A stretch of DNA of 64,000 bases, from NCBI GenBank assembly GCA_040954595.2, contig CM082598.2, forward strand, positions 10,245,097-10,309,096, read 5' to 3'. This DNA is from Balanoglossus misakiensis (taxonomy: Eukaryota > Animalia > Hemichordata). Both the position numbers and the translations under genes were made by a program. Shown piece after piece: positions 25,701 to 40,700 of the stretch. The notes under the pieces are model-generated. The model saw only the letters and a list, made by a program, of their open reading frames with translations. It was not told the DNA's origin and did not search any database. Position 1 is the first letter of the stretch. Each line of letters opens with the position of its first letter.

Positions 25701-28700
25701 TGCAACAGACATAATTATTAATGAGTATGAATTTTAATAAGCAATCTGTACTCTTATCTGGGCAGAATCCTGAGCCTGCAAACCAGATTAAATTTGACAG
25801 AAACTACATCAAAGTCGGTGCAGATTTGAGAGGTTGTTGTTGTCTGTTTTTTTACAGAGATACTTGAAGGGCTTCAAGAATTGGACGACATTTCCAAACG
25901 GAAAGTGGATATCTTGCATTATTTCACGGTAAGTTTACTCTGAAGTTTTGTCACTTTCACAGCCAAGACTTGGTTCAGTTCCAAAGCTTGAGTGACTTGG
26001 GCATTGCTTGAAGACCTGCATAAGTGTCATTTGAGAGTTCTGAATTCAACAAAACCACTAACCAAAGTTTTCCTTAGAAACTAGGAATATTGTAAGTGAA
26101 ATTCAATTGAATCATCTGGCTGTCGAACATTGGTCCCAACAATAACGACAAACACAATACGATAGAATTTTTACTCAATGACTTTCTGGCCTCATTTTCG
26201 CATCGTCTTGGAAGGGCAAATGAAAAAGGCATATCGATTATTGGTACTCCTCTTATTAGACTTTCCACTGTTTGTCAACAGCACTGCCAAGGAACTCCTG
26301 CCAGCCATCATTGATTGTCTGGATAGTAGTGCCCAGAGTGTCGTCAATGTAGCTTTACAACATCTACGCAAAACAAAACCCTTTTTTTTTTGGCCTAACT
26401 TAATATATTTGTTTATTTCAGTGCTATGAGCAATACTCCGTTGCGTTTACTGTCAGAGATGTATCTGCAACAACTCGATTTAATTCAGAAATTTGCGAAA
26501 ACAAAATGAATGATGCCAACATTGCGCTCCGAAAAATAGCAACATCTCATCCGACATTGTTACTCAGGTAAGCAAATAAGTATGTCCAATCACACCAAAG
26601 TATTGCAAGCTGGGCATCTATGCAAGAATTCACAAAAGGTTATCATTCCTGAATTTGACTTGCAACAGTAGTTCGATAGTTAGCCAAATTTCACTGTAAC
26701 ATGTCATTTGTGGTCAGTCTTGACTGGTGTAGCATGCTGGCCTGGTATGCCTTACCCATTCCAGACACCTGGTACCACCACTTAAAAGTGGTTCAAGATG
26801 ATCCTGTTGACATTATCATTCTTTCTCATATTTTTGGACATGGTAATTAGCTTACCTTGAATGATATTGATTATTGGACCTGATTTGATGCCCTATTTAT
26901 CTCATTTTCAAATTTCAGACAAATGGCCATGATTTCAGCCGCTTTGAAAGGACGCGTTCATTTGACGTTTCCCGAGTTCTGATCTCGCCACCACCTTCTC
27001 TTCTTCTCGCACATTCTCGGCTTTTTCAACCTCATCAGGGTAAGAACTCACTACACAATTACCGGGCTATAGTCCTGTAGCCTTTTCACGGCCATCACAA
27101 ACATTTTAACTATTAACGCTTTTGCTTAAACTATGACTGCATTGATATACCAAGGGGAACCCCGGTAAAATGACTGAGTAACCACGGTAACATTTACCTT
27201 GGTACCGCACAGTATGCATATGAGTACAATGTATGTGTGTTAATGTATATGCATCGTGTATGCCTATCCGTAAACTCATTTAAATGGACCACCATGTTGT
27301 ACCATACTGTTGAAAAAGGCAGCTACATGTATTGGAGCTTTAGTAATAATTGAAATACATGTAATGTGGAACAATTCTTCCTTTTCGTATACTGATTACC
27401 GCTTACTCCATGTTTACATAGTGATCTGTGTAACTACTACCCTGACCTGCCTGCGTCGCACTGCCCAGCAGAAGTGCCAAGGATTCCCAGGCCAATGTCA
27501 CTATGGCAACCCAGGTCTCAAGGGGGTCAAGCATGGGTGCATTCAATGGTATGGCCTCCTCATCGACCTCGGCCCACTGGTCAAAGTAGGACGTCACACC
27601 ACTCAAAATGAAACTGGGTTCCGACAGTAGTCTTGAAGGTGAATTTTTCATTCCTTATTTTTGCAGAACATGTATTTAATGCACTTGTCACTATTGCAAA
27701 AAGTAAGCGTTCACAAAATTTATGTCCAAATGTGCAAGAATCCTGTGTTTGAGTCAAGCTGAATAGCCAGAATACATGTCAAACATAAGTCTACCACAGG
27801 GCGCCCTACATGTCATGTGATAATTCTATGGAGATTCAACCTCATTGCTGGATATGCCATGGGCACTCAAGTGAAAAAGTTTGTAAAGGCTGCCGACAAG
27901 CACTATTACGTACTCAACCCAGTCTATTGTCTCATTTTGATCATCGACGAATGGTATGACTTGCAACAGACATAATTATTAATGAGTATGAATTTTAATA
28001 AGCAATCTGTACTCTTATCTGGGCAGAATCCTGAGCCTGCAAACCAGATTAAATTTGACAGAAACTACATCAAAGTCGGTGCAGATTTGAGAGGTTGTTG
28101 TTGTTTTTTTACAGAGATACTTGAAGGGCTTCAAGAATTGGACGACATTTCCAAACGGAAAGTGGATATCTTGCATTATTTCACGGTAAGTTTACTCTGA
28201 AGTTTTGTCACTTTCACAGCCAAGACTTGGTTCAGTTCCAAAGCTTGAGTGATTCGGGCATTGCTTGAAGACCTGCATAAGTGTCATTTGAGAGTTCTGA
28301 ATTCAACAAAACCACTAACCAAAGTTTTCCTTAGAAACTAGGAATATTGTAAGTGAAATTCAATTGAATCATGTGGCTGTCGAACATTGGTCCCAACAAT
28401 AACGACGAACACAATACGATAGAATTTTTACTCAATGACTTTCTGGCCTCATTTTCGCATCGTCTTGGAAGGGCAAATGAAAAAGGCATATCGATTATTG
28501 GTACTCCACTTATTAGACTTTCCACTGTTTGTCAACAGCACTGCCAAGGAACTCCTGCCAGCCATCATTGATTGTCTGGATAGTAGTGCCCAGAGTGTCG
28601 TCAATGTAGCTTTACAACATCTACGCAAAACAAAACTCTTTTTTTTTTGGCCTAACTTAATATATTTGTTTATTTCAGTGCTATGAGCAATACTCCGTTG

Positions 28701-31700
28701 CGTTTACTGTCAGAGATGTATCTGCAACAACTCGATTTAATTCAGAGTGTCAGAAAAAGTGACTTGCTGGTCAAGAATGCAAACAGTGTCAGTCAGAGTG
28801 TCACACAGGTGAGAGATTTTTTCTTTTTTTTTTACACACGGGTTAGACGTGGGCATTGCAGAGAGGGCAGCACCAATTTCATAAATGTGCGTAGCAGTAA
28901 ATACAGACTGCCTTTGCTTCCTTCCATATTTCATGCACACCGTGTAAGTAGACTTTACCTAATTGTGTCCCTTCTTTTCACCCAATTTTCTGTCTTTTCC
29001 TGATCTCCAACACAGACTATGGTTGCCACCATCTTGTCTGTTGTTAGGACAGCACACTGCCTTATTGTGTTGACTGTGTGCAGTTTTTGTAACCAGAGCC
29101 TCTTGTTTGACACATGCGGGTAAGACGATTGTCACCCTTTAAGTGTCTTGGTTGATATTTGTTTCAGTTCAATGTGTTGACCCACAGTTTATTGTTGACG
29201 TTGGCCGCAACAAAAGCTGGACGAAATTGCGAAAACAAAATGAATGATGCCAACATTGCGCTCCGAAAAATAGCAACATCTCATCCGACATTGTTACTCA
29301 GGTAAGCAAATAAGTATGTCCAATCACACCAAAGTATTGCAAGCTGGGCATCTATGCAAGAATTCACAAAAGGTTATCATTCCTGAATTTGACTTGCAAC
29401 AGTAGTTCGATAGTTAGCCAAATTTCACTGTAACATGTCACTTGTGGTCAGTCTTGACTGGTGGAGCATGCTGGCCTGGTATGCCTTACCCATTCCAGAC
29501 ACCTGGTACCACCACTTAAAAGTGGTTCAAGATGATCCTGTTGACATTATCATTCTTTCTCATATTTTTGGACATGGTAATTAGCTTACCTTGAATGATA
29601 TTGATTATTGGACCTGATTTGATGCCCTATTTATCTCATTTTCAAATTTCAGACAAATGGCCATGATTTCAGCCGCTTTGAAAGGACGCGTTCATTTGAC
29701 GTTTCCCGAGTTCTGATCTCGCCTCCACCGTCTCTTCTTCTCGCACATTCTCGGCTTATTGGAGTTGCTTCAACCGTACGTCTTCCAGCAGGATACAGAA
29801 CTGCTACACACAACAATGACATCTTATTTCCACCTCATCAGGGTAAGAACTCACTACACAATTATATAGTCCTGTAGCCTTTTCATGGCCATCACAAACA
29901 TTTTAACTATTAACGCTTTTGCTTAAACTATGACTGCATTGATATACCAAGGGGAACCCCGGTAAAATGACTGAGTAACCACGGTAACATTTACCTTGGT
30001 ACCGCACAGTATGCATATGAGTACAATGTATGTGTGTTCATGTATATGCATTGTGTATGCCTATCCGAAAACTCATTTAAATGGACCATTATGTTGTACC
30101 ATACTGTTGAAAAAGGGCGCTACATGTATTGGAGCTTTAGTAATAATTGAAATACATGTAATGTGGAACAATTCTTCCTTTTTGTATACTGATTACCGCT
30201 TACTCCATGTTTACATAGTGATATGTGTAACTACTACCCTGACCTGTCCATATTTGAAGGCCCTAGTTGCCAGCGTCGCACTGCCCAGCAGAAGTGCCAA
30301 GGATTCCCAGGCCAATGTCACTATGGCAACCCAGGTCTCAAGGGGGTCAAGCATGGGTGCATTCAATGGTATGGCCTCCTCATCGACCTCGGCCCACTGG
30401 TCAAAGTAGGACGTCACACCACTCAAAATGAAACTGGGTTCCGACAGTAGTCTTGAAGGTGAATTTTTCATTCCTTATTTTTGCAGAACATGTATTTAAT
30501 GCACTTGTCACTATTGCAAAAAGTAAGCGTTCACAAAATTTATGTCCAAATGTGCAAGAATCCTGTGTTTGAGTCAAGCTGAATAGCCAGAATACATGTC
30601 AAACATAAGTCTACCACAGGGCGCCCTACATGTCATGTGATAATTCTATGGAGATTCAACCTCATTGCTGGATATGCCATGGGCACTCAAGTGAAAAAGT
30701 TTGTAAAGGCTGCCGACAAGCACTATTACGTACTCAACCCAGTCTATTGTCTCATTTTGATCATCGACGAATGGTATGACTTGCAACAGACATAATTATT
30801 AATGAGTATGAATTTTAATAAGCAATCTGTACTCTTATCTGGGCAGAATCCTGAGCCTGCAAACCAGATTAAATTTGACAGAAACTACATCAAAGTCGGT
30901 GCAGATTTGAGAGGTTGTTGTTGTTTTTTTACAGAGATACTTGAAGGGCTTCAAGAATTGGACGACATTTCCAAACGGAAAGTGGATATCTTGCATTATT
31001 TCACGGTAAGTTTACTCTGAAGTTTTGTCACTTTCACAGCCAAGACTTGGTTCAGTTCCAAAGCTTGAGTGACTTGGGCATTGCTTGAAGACCTGCATAA
31101 GTGTCATTTGAGAGTTCTGAATTCAACAAAACCACTAACCAAAGTTTTCCTTAGAAACTAGGAATATTGTAAGTGAAATTCAATTGAATCATGTGGCTGT
31201 CGAACATTGGTCCCAACAATAACGACGAACACAATACGATAGAATTTTTACTCAATGACTTTCTGGCCTCATTTTCGCATCGTCTTGGAAGGGCAAATGA
31301 AAAAGGCATATCGATTATTGGTACTCCACTTATTAGACTTTCCACTGTTTGTCAACAGCACTGCCAAGGAACTCCTGCCAGCCATCATTGATTGTCTGGA
31401 TAGTAGTGCCCAGAGTGTCGTCAATGTAGCTTTACAACATCTACGCAAAACAAAACTCTTTTTTTTTTGGCCTAACTTAATATATTTGTTTATTTCAGTG
31501 CTATGAGCAATACTCCGTTGCGTTTACTGTCAGAGATGTATCTGCAACAACTCGATTTAATTCAGAGTGTCAGAAAAAGTGACTTGCTGGTCAAGAATGC
31601 AAACAGTGTCAGTCAGAGTGTCACACAGGTGAGAGATTTTTTCTTTTTTTTTTACACACGGGTTAGACGTGGGCATTGCAGAGAGGGCAGCACCAATTTC

Positions 31701-34700
31701 ATAAATGTGCGTAGCAGTAAATACAGACTGCCTTTGCTTCCTTCCATATTTCATGCACACCGTGTAAGTAGACTTTACCTAATTGTGTCCCTTCTTTTCA
31801 CCCAATTTTCTGTCTTTTCCTGATCTCCAACACAGACTATGGTTGCCACCATCTTGTCTGTTGTTAGGACAGCACACTGCCTTATTGTGTTGACTGTGTG
31901 CAGTTTTTGTAACCAGAGCCTCTTGTTTGACACATGCGGGTAAGACGATTGTCACCCTTTAAGTGTCTTGGTTGATATTTGTTTCAGTTCAATGTGTTGA
32001 CCCACAGTTTATTGTTGACGTTGGCCGCAACAAAAGCTGGACGAAATTGCGAAAACAAAATGAATGATGCCAACATTGCGCTCCGAAAAATAGCAACATC
32101 TCATCCGACATTGTTACTCAGGTAAGCAAATAAGTATGTCCAATCACACCAAAGTATTGCAAGCTGGGCATCTATGCAAGAATTCACAAAAGGTTATCAT
32201 TCCTGAATTTGACTTGCAACAGTAGTTCGATAGTTAGCCAAATTTCACTGTAACATGTCACTTGTGGTCAGTCTTGACTGGTGGAGCATGCTGGCCTGGT
32301 ATGCCTTACCCATTCCAGACACCTGGTACCACCACTTAAAAGTGGTTCAAGATGATCCTGTTGACATTATCATTCTTTCTCATATTTTTGGACATGGTAA
32401 TTAGCTTACCTTGAATGATATTGATTATTGGACCTGATTTGATGCCCTATTTATCTCATTTTCAAATTTCAGACAAATGGCCATGATTTCAGCCGCTTTG
32501 AAAGGACGCGTTCATTTGACGTTTCCCGAGTTCTGATCTCGCCTCCACCGTCTCTTCTTCTCGCACATTCTCGGCTTATTGGAGTTGCTTCAACCGTACG
32601 TCTTCCAGCAGGATACAGAACTGCTACACACAACAATGACATCTTATTTCCACCTCATCAGGGTAAGAACTCACTACACAATTATATAGTCCTGTAGCCT
32701 TTTCATGGCCATCACAAACATTTTAACTATTAACGCTTTTGCTTAAACTATGACTGCATTGATATACCAAGGGGAACCCCGGTAAAATGACTGAGTAACC
32801 ACGGTAACATTTACCTTGGTACCGCACAGTATGCATATGAGTACAATGTATGTGTGTTCATGTATATGCATTGTGTATGCCTATCCGAAAACTCATTTAA
32901 ATGGACCATTATGTTGTACCATACTGTTGAAAAAGGGCGCTACATGTATTGGAGCTTTAGTAATAATTGAAATACATGTAATGTGGAACAATTCTTCCTT
33001 TTTGTATACTGATTACCGCTTACTCCATGTTTACATAGTGATATGTGTAACTACTACCCTGACCTGTCCATATTTGAAGGCCCTAGTTGCCAGCGTCGCA
33101 CTGCCCAGCAGAAGTGCCAAGGATTCCCAGGCCAATGTCACTATGGCAACCCAGGTCTCAAGGGGGTCAAGCATGGGTGCATTCAATGGTATGGCCTCCT
33201 CATCGACCTCGGCCCACTGGTCAAAGTAGGACGTCACACCACTCAAAATGAAACTGGGTTCCGACAGTAGTCTTGAAGGTGAATTTTTCATTCCTTATTT
33301 TTGCAGAACATGTATTTAATGCACTTGTCACTATTGCAAAAAGTAAGCGTTCACAAAATTTATGTCCAAATGTGCAAGAATCCTGTGTTTGAGTCAAGCT
33401 GAATAGCCAGAATACATGTCAAACATAAGTCTACCACAGGGCGCCCTACATGTCATGTGATAATTCTATGGAGATTCAACCTCATTGCTGGATATGCCAT
33501 GGGCACTCAAGTGAAAAAGTTTGTAAAGGCTGCCGACAAGCACTATTACGTACTCAACCCAGTCTATTGTCTCATTTTGATCATCGACGAATGGTATGAC
33601 TTGCAACAGACATAATTATTAATGAGTATGAATTTTAATAAGCAATCTGTACTCTTATCTGGGCAGAATCCTGAGCCTGCAAACCAGATTAAATTTGACA
33701 GAAACTACATCAAAGTCGGTGCAGATTTGAGAGGTTGTTGTTGTTTTTTTACAGAGATACTTGAAGGGCTTCAAGAATTGGACGACATTTCCAAACGGAA
33801 AGTGGATATCTTGCATTATTTCACGGTAAGTTTACTCTGAAGTTTTGTCACTTTCACAGCCAAGACTTGGTTCAGTTCCAAAGCTTGAGTGACTTGGGCA
33901 TTGCTTGAAGACCTGCATAAGTGTCATTTGAGAGTTCTGAATTCAACAAAACCACTAACCAAAGTTTTCCTTAGAAACTAGGAATATTGTAAGTGAAATT
34001 CAATTGAATCATGTGGCTGTCGAACATTGGTCCCAACAATAACGACGAACACAATACGATAGAATTTTTACTCAATGACTTTCTGGCCTCATTTTCGCAT
34101 CGTCTTGGAAGGGCAAATGAAAAAGGCATATCGATTATTGGTACTCCACTTATTAGACTTTCCACTGTTTGTCAACAGCACTGCCAAGGAACTCCTGCCA
34201 GCCATCATTGATTGTCTGGATAGTAGTGCCCAGAGTGTCGTCAATGTAGCTTTACAACATCTACGCAAAACAAAACTCTTTTTTTTTTGGCCTAACTTAA
34301 TATATTTGTTTATTTCAGTGCTATGAGCAATACTCCGTTGCGTTTACTGTCAGAGATGTATCTGCAACAACTCGATTTAATTCAGAGTGTCAGAAAAAGT
34401 GACTTGCTGGTCAAGAATGCAAACAGTGTCAGTCAGAGTGTCACACAGGTGAGAGATTTTTTCTTTTTTTTTTACACACGGGTTAGACGTGGGCATTGCA
34501 GAGAGGGCAGCACCAATTTCATAAATGTGCGTAGCAGTAAATACAGACTGCCTTTGCTTCCTTCCATATTTCATGCACACCGTGTAAGTAGACTTTACCT
34601 AATTGTGTCCCTTCTTTTCACCCAATTTTCTGTCTTTTCCTGATCTCCAACACAGACTATGGTTGCCACCATCTTGTCTGTTGTTAGGACAGCACACTGC

Positions 34701-37700
34701 CTTATTGTGTTGACTGTGTGCAGTTTTTGTAACCAGAGCCTCTTGTTTGACACATGCGGGTAAGACGATTGTCACCCTTTAAGTGTCTTGGTTGATATTT
34801 GTTTCAGTTCAATGTGTTGACCCACAGTTTATTGTTGACGTTGGCCGCAACAAAAGCTGGACGAAATTGCGAAAACAAAATGAATGATGCCAACATTGCG
34901 CTCCGAAAAATAGCAACATCTCATCCGACATTGTTACTCAGGTAAGCAAATAAGTATGTCCAATCACACCAAAGTATTGCAAGCTGGGCATCTATGCAAG
35001 AATTCACAAAAGGTTATCATTCCTGAATTTGACTTGCAACAGTAGTTCGATAGTTAGCCAAATTTCACTGTAACATGTCACTTGTGGTCAGTCTTGACTG
35101 GTGGAGCATGCTGGCCTGGTATGCCTTACCCATTCCAGACACCTGGTACCACCACTTAAAAGTGGTTCAAGATGATCCTGTTGACATTATCATTCTTTCT
35201 CATATTTTTGGACATGGTAATTAGCTTACCTTGAATGATATTGATTATTGGACCTGATTTGATGCCCTATTTATCTCATTTTCAAATTTCAGACAAATGG
35301 CCATGATTTCAGCCGCTTTGAAAGGACGCGTTCATTTGACGTTTCCCGAGTTCTGATCTCGCCTCCACCGTCTCTTCTTCTCGCACATTCTCGGCTTATT
35401 GGAGTTGCTTCAACCGTACGCCTTCCAGCAGGATACAGAACTGCTACACACAACAATGACATCTTATTTCCACCTCATCAGGGTAAGAACTCACTACACA
35501 ATTATATAGTCCTGTAGCCTTTTCATGGCCATCACAAACATTTTAACTATTAACGCTTTTGCTTAAACTATGACTGCATTGATATACCAAGGGGAACCCC
35601 GGTAAAATGACTGAGTAACCACGGTAACATTTACCTTGGTACCGCACAGTATGCATATGAGTACAATGTATGTGTGTTCATGTATATGCATTGTGTATGC
35701 CTATCCGAAAACTCATTTAAATGGACCATTATGTTGTACCATACTGTTGAAAAAGGGCGCTACATGTATTGGAGCTTTAGTAATAATTGAAATACATGTA
35801 ATGTGGAACAATTCTTCCTTTTTGTATACTGATTACCGCTTACTCCATGTTTACATAGTGATATGTGTAACTACTACCCTGACCTGTCCATATTTGAAGG
35901 CCCTAGTTGCCAGCGTCGCACTGCCCAGCAGAAGTGCCAAGGATTCCCAGGCCAATGTCACTATGGCAACCCAGGTCTCAAGGGGGTCAAGCATGGGTGC
36001 ATTCAATGGTATGGCCTCCTCATCGACCTCGGCCCACTGGTCAAAGTAGGACGTCACACCACTCAAAATGAAACTGGGTTCCTACAGTAGTCTTGAAGGT
36101 GAATTTTTCATTCCTTATTTTTGCAGAACATGTATTTAATGCACTTGTCACTATTGCAAAAAGTAAGCGTTCACAAAATTTATGTCCAAATGTGCAAGAA
36201 TCCTGTGTTTGAGTCAAGCTGAATAGCCAGAATACATGTCAAACATAAGTCTACCACAGGGCGCCCTACATGTCATGTGATAATTCTATGGAGATTCAAC
36301 CTCATTGCTGGATATGCCATGGGCACTCAAGTGAAAAAGTTTGTAAAGGCTGCCGACAAGCACTATTACGTACTCAACCCAGTCTATTGTCTCATTTTGA
36401 TCATCGACGAATGGTATGACTTGCAACAGACATAATTATTAATGAGTATGAATTTTAATAAGCAATCTGTACTCTTATCTGGGCAGAATCCTGAGCCTGC
36501 AAACCAGATTAAATTTGACAGAAACTACATCAAAGTCGGTGCAGATTTGAGAGGTTGTTGTTGTTTTTTTACAGAGATACTTGAAGGGCTTCAAGAATTG
36601 GACGACATTTCCAAACGGAAAGTGGATATCTTGCATTATTTCACGGTAAGTTTACTCTGAAGTTTTGTCACTTTCACAGCCAAGACTTGGTTCAGTTCCA
36701 AAGCTTGAGTGACTTGGGCATTGCTTGAAGACCTGCATAAGTGTCATTTGAGAGTTCTGAATTCAACAAAACCACTAACCAAAGTTTTCCTTAGAAACTA
36801 GGAATATTGTAAGTGAAATTCAATTGAATCATGTGGCTGTCGAACATTGGTCCCAACAATAACGACGAACACAATACGATAGAATTTTTACTCAATGACT
36901 TTCTGGCCTCATTTTCGCATCGTCTTGGAAGGGCAAATGAAAAAGGCATATCAATTATTGGTACTCCACTTATTAGACTTTCCACTGTTTGTCAACAGCA
37001 CTGCCAAGGAACTCCTGCCAGCCATCATTGATTGTCTGGATAGTAGTGCCCAGAGTGTCGTCAATGTAGCTTTACAACATCTACGCAAAACAAAACTCTT
37101 TTTTTTTTGGCCTAACTTAATATATTTGTTTATTTCAGTGCTATGAGCAATACTCCGTTGCGTTTACTGTCAGAGATGTATCTGCAACAACTCGATTTAA
37201 TTCAGAGTGTCAGAAAAAGTGACTTGCTGGTCAAGAATGCAAACAGTGTCAGTCAGAGTGTCACACAGGTGAGAGATTTTTTCTTTTTTTTTTACACACG
37301 GGTTAGACGTGGGCATTGCAGAGCGGGCAGCACCAATTTCATAAATGTGCGTAGCAGTAAATACAGACTGCCTTTGCTTCCTTCCATATTTCATGCACAC
37401 CGTGTAAGTAGACTTTACCTAATTTTGTCCCTTCTTTTCACCCAATTTTCTGTCTTTTCCTGATCTCCAACACAGACTATGGTTGCCACCATCTTGTCTG
37501 TTGTTAGGACAGCACACTGCCTTATTGTGTTGACTGTGTGCAGTTTTTGTAACCAGAGCCTCTTGTTTGACACATGCGGGTAAGACGATTGTCACCCTTT
37601 AAGTGTCTTGGTTGATATTTGTTTCAGTTCAATGTGTTGACCCACAGTTTATTGTTGACGTTGGCCGCAACAAAAGCTGGACGAAATTGCGAAAACAAAA

Positions 37701-40700
37701 TGAATGATGCCAACATTGCGCTCCGAAAAATAGCAACATCTCATCCGACATTGTTACTCAGGTAAGCAAATAAGTATGTCCAATCACACCAAAGTATTGC
37801 AAGCTGGGCATCTATGCAAGAATTCACAAAAGGTTATCATTCCTGAATTTGACTTGCAACAGTAGTTCGATAGTTAGCCAAATTTCACTGTAACATGTCA
37901 CTTGTGGTCAGTCTTGACTGGTGGAGCATGCTGGCCTGGTATGCCTTACCCATTCCAGACACCTGGTACCACCACTTAAAAGTGGTTCAAGATGATCCTG
38001 TTGACATTATCATTCTTTCTCATATTTTTGGACATGGTAATTAGCTTACCTTGAATGATATTGATTATTGGACCTGATTTGATGCCCTATTTATCTCATT
38101 TTCAAATTTCAGACAAATGGCCATGATTTCAGCCGCTTTGAAAGGACGCGTTCATTTGACGTTTCCCGAGTTCTGATCTCGCCTCCACCGTCTCTTCTTC
38201 TCGCACATTCTCGGCTTATTGGAGTTGCTTCAACCGTACGCCTTCCAGCAGGATACAGAACTGCTACACACAACAATGACATCTTATTTCCACCTCATCA
38301 GGGTAAGAACTCACTACACAATTATATAGTCCTGTAGCCTTTTCATGGCCATCACAAACATTTTAACTATTAACGCTTTTGCTTAAACTATGACTGCATT
38401 GATATACCAAGGGGAACCCCGGTAAAATGACTGAGTAACCACGGTAACATTTACCTTGGTACCGCACAGTATGCATATGAGTACAATGTATGTGTGTTCA
38501 TGTATATGCATTGTGTATGCCTATCCGAAAACTCATTTAAATGGACCATTATGTTGTACCATACTGTTGAAAAAGGGCGCTACATGTATTGGAGCTTTAG
38601 TAATAATTGAAATACATGTAATGTGGAACAATTCTTCCTTTTTGTATACTGATTACCGCTTACTCCATGTTTACATAGTGATATGTGTAACTACTACCCT
38701 GACCTGTCCATATTTGAAGGCCCTAGTTGCCAGCGTCGCACTGCCCAGCAGAAGTGCCAAGGATTCCCAGGCCAATGTCACTATGGCAACCCAGGTCTCA
38801 AGGGGGTCAAGCATGGGTGCATTCAATGGTATGGCCTCCTCATCGACCTCGGCCCACTGGTCAAAGTAGGACGTCACACCACTCAAAATGAAACTGGGTT
38901 CCTACAGTAGTCTTGAAGGTGAATTTTTCATTCCTTATTTTTGCAGAACATGTATTTAATGCACTTGTCACTATTGCAAAAAGTAAGCGTTCACAAAATT
39001 TATGTCCAAATGTGCAAGAATCCTGTGTTTGAGTCAAGCTGAATAGCCAGAATACATGTCAAACATAAGTCTACCACAGGGCGCCCTACATGTCATGTGA
39101 TAATTCTATGGAGATTCAACCTCATTGCTGGATATGCCATGGGCACTCAAGTGAAAAAGTTTGTAAAGGCTGCCGACAAGCACTATTACGTACTCAACCC
39201 AGTCTATTGTCTCATTTTGATCATCGACGAATGGTATGACTTGCAACAGACATAATTATTAATGAGTATGAATTTTAATAAGCAATCTGTACTCTTATCT
39301 GGGCAGAATCCTGAGCCTGCAAACCAGATTAAATTTGACAGAAACTACATCAAAGTCGGTGCAGATTTGAGAGGTTGTTGTTGTTTTTTTACAGAGATAC
39401 TTGAAGGGCTTCAAGAATTGGACGACATTTCCAAACGGAAAGTGGATATCTTGCATTATTTCACGGTAAGTTTACTCTGAAGTTTTGTCACTTTCACAGC
39501 CAAGACTTGGTTCAGTTCCAAAGCTTGAGTGACTTGGGCATTGCTTGAAGACCTGCATAAGTGTCATTTGAGAGTTCTGAATTCAACAAAACCACTAACC
39601 AAAGTTTTCCTTAGAAACTAGGAATATTGTAAGTGAAATTCAATTGAATCATGTGGCTGTCGAACATTGGTCCCAACAATAACGACGAACACAATACGAT
39701 AGAATTTTTACTCAATGACTTTCTGGCCTCATTTTCGCATCGTCTTGGAAGGGCAAATGAAAAAGGCATATCAATTATTGGTACTCCACTTATTAGACTT
39801 TCCACTGTTTGTCAACAGCACTGCCAAGGAACTCCTGCCAGCCATCATTGATTGTCTGGATAGTAGTGCCCAGAGTGTCGTCAATGTAGCTTTACAACAT
39901 CTACGCAAAACAAAACTCTTTTTTTTTTTGGCCTAACTTAATATATTTGTTTATTTCAGTGCTATGAGCAATACTCCGTTGCGTTTACTGTCAGAGATGT
40001 ATCTGCAACAACTCGATTTAATTCAGAGTGTCAGAAAAAGTGACTTGCTGGTCAAGAATGCAAACAGTGTCAGTCAGAGTGTCACACAGGTGAGAGATTT
40101 TTTCTTTTTTTTTTACACACGGGTTAGACGTGGGCATTGCAGAGCGGGCAGCACCAATTTCATAAATGTGCGTAGCAGTAAATACAGACTGCCTTTGCTT
40201 CCTTCCATATTTCATGCACACCGTGTAAGTAGACTTTACCTAATTTTGTCCCTTCTTTTCACCCAATTTTCTGTCTTTTCCTGATCTCCAACACAGACTA
40301 TGGTTGCCACCATCTTGTCTGTTGTTAGGACAGCACACTGCCTTATTGTGTTGACTGTGTGCAGTTTTTGTAACCAGAGCCTCTTGTTTGACACATGCGG
40401 GTAAGACGATTGTCACCCTTTAAGTGTCTTGGTTGATATTTGTTTCAGTTCAATGTGTTGACCCACAGTTTATTGTTGACGTTGGCCGCAACAAAAGCTG
40501 GACGAAATTGCGAAAACAAAATGAATGATGCCAACATTGCGCTCCGAAAAATAGCAACATCTCATCCGACATTGTTACTCAGGTAAGCAAATAAGTATGT
40601 CCAATCACACCAAAGTATTGCAAGCTGGGCATCTATGCAAGAATTCACAAAAGGTTATCATTCCTGAATTTGACTTGCAACAGTAGTTCGATAGTTAGCC

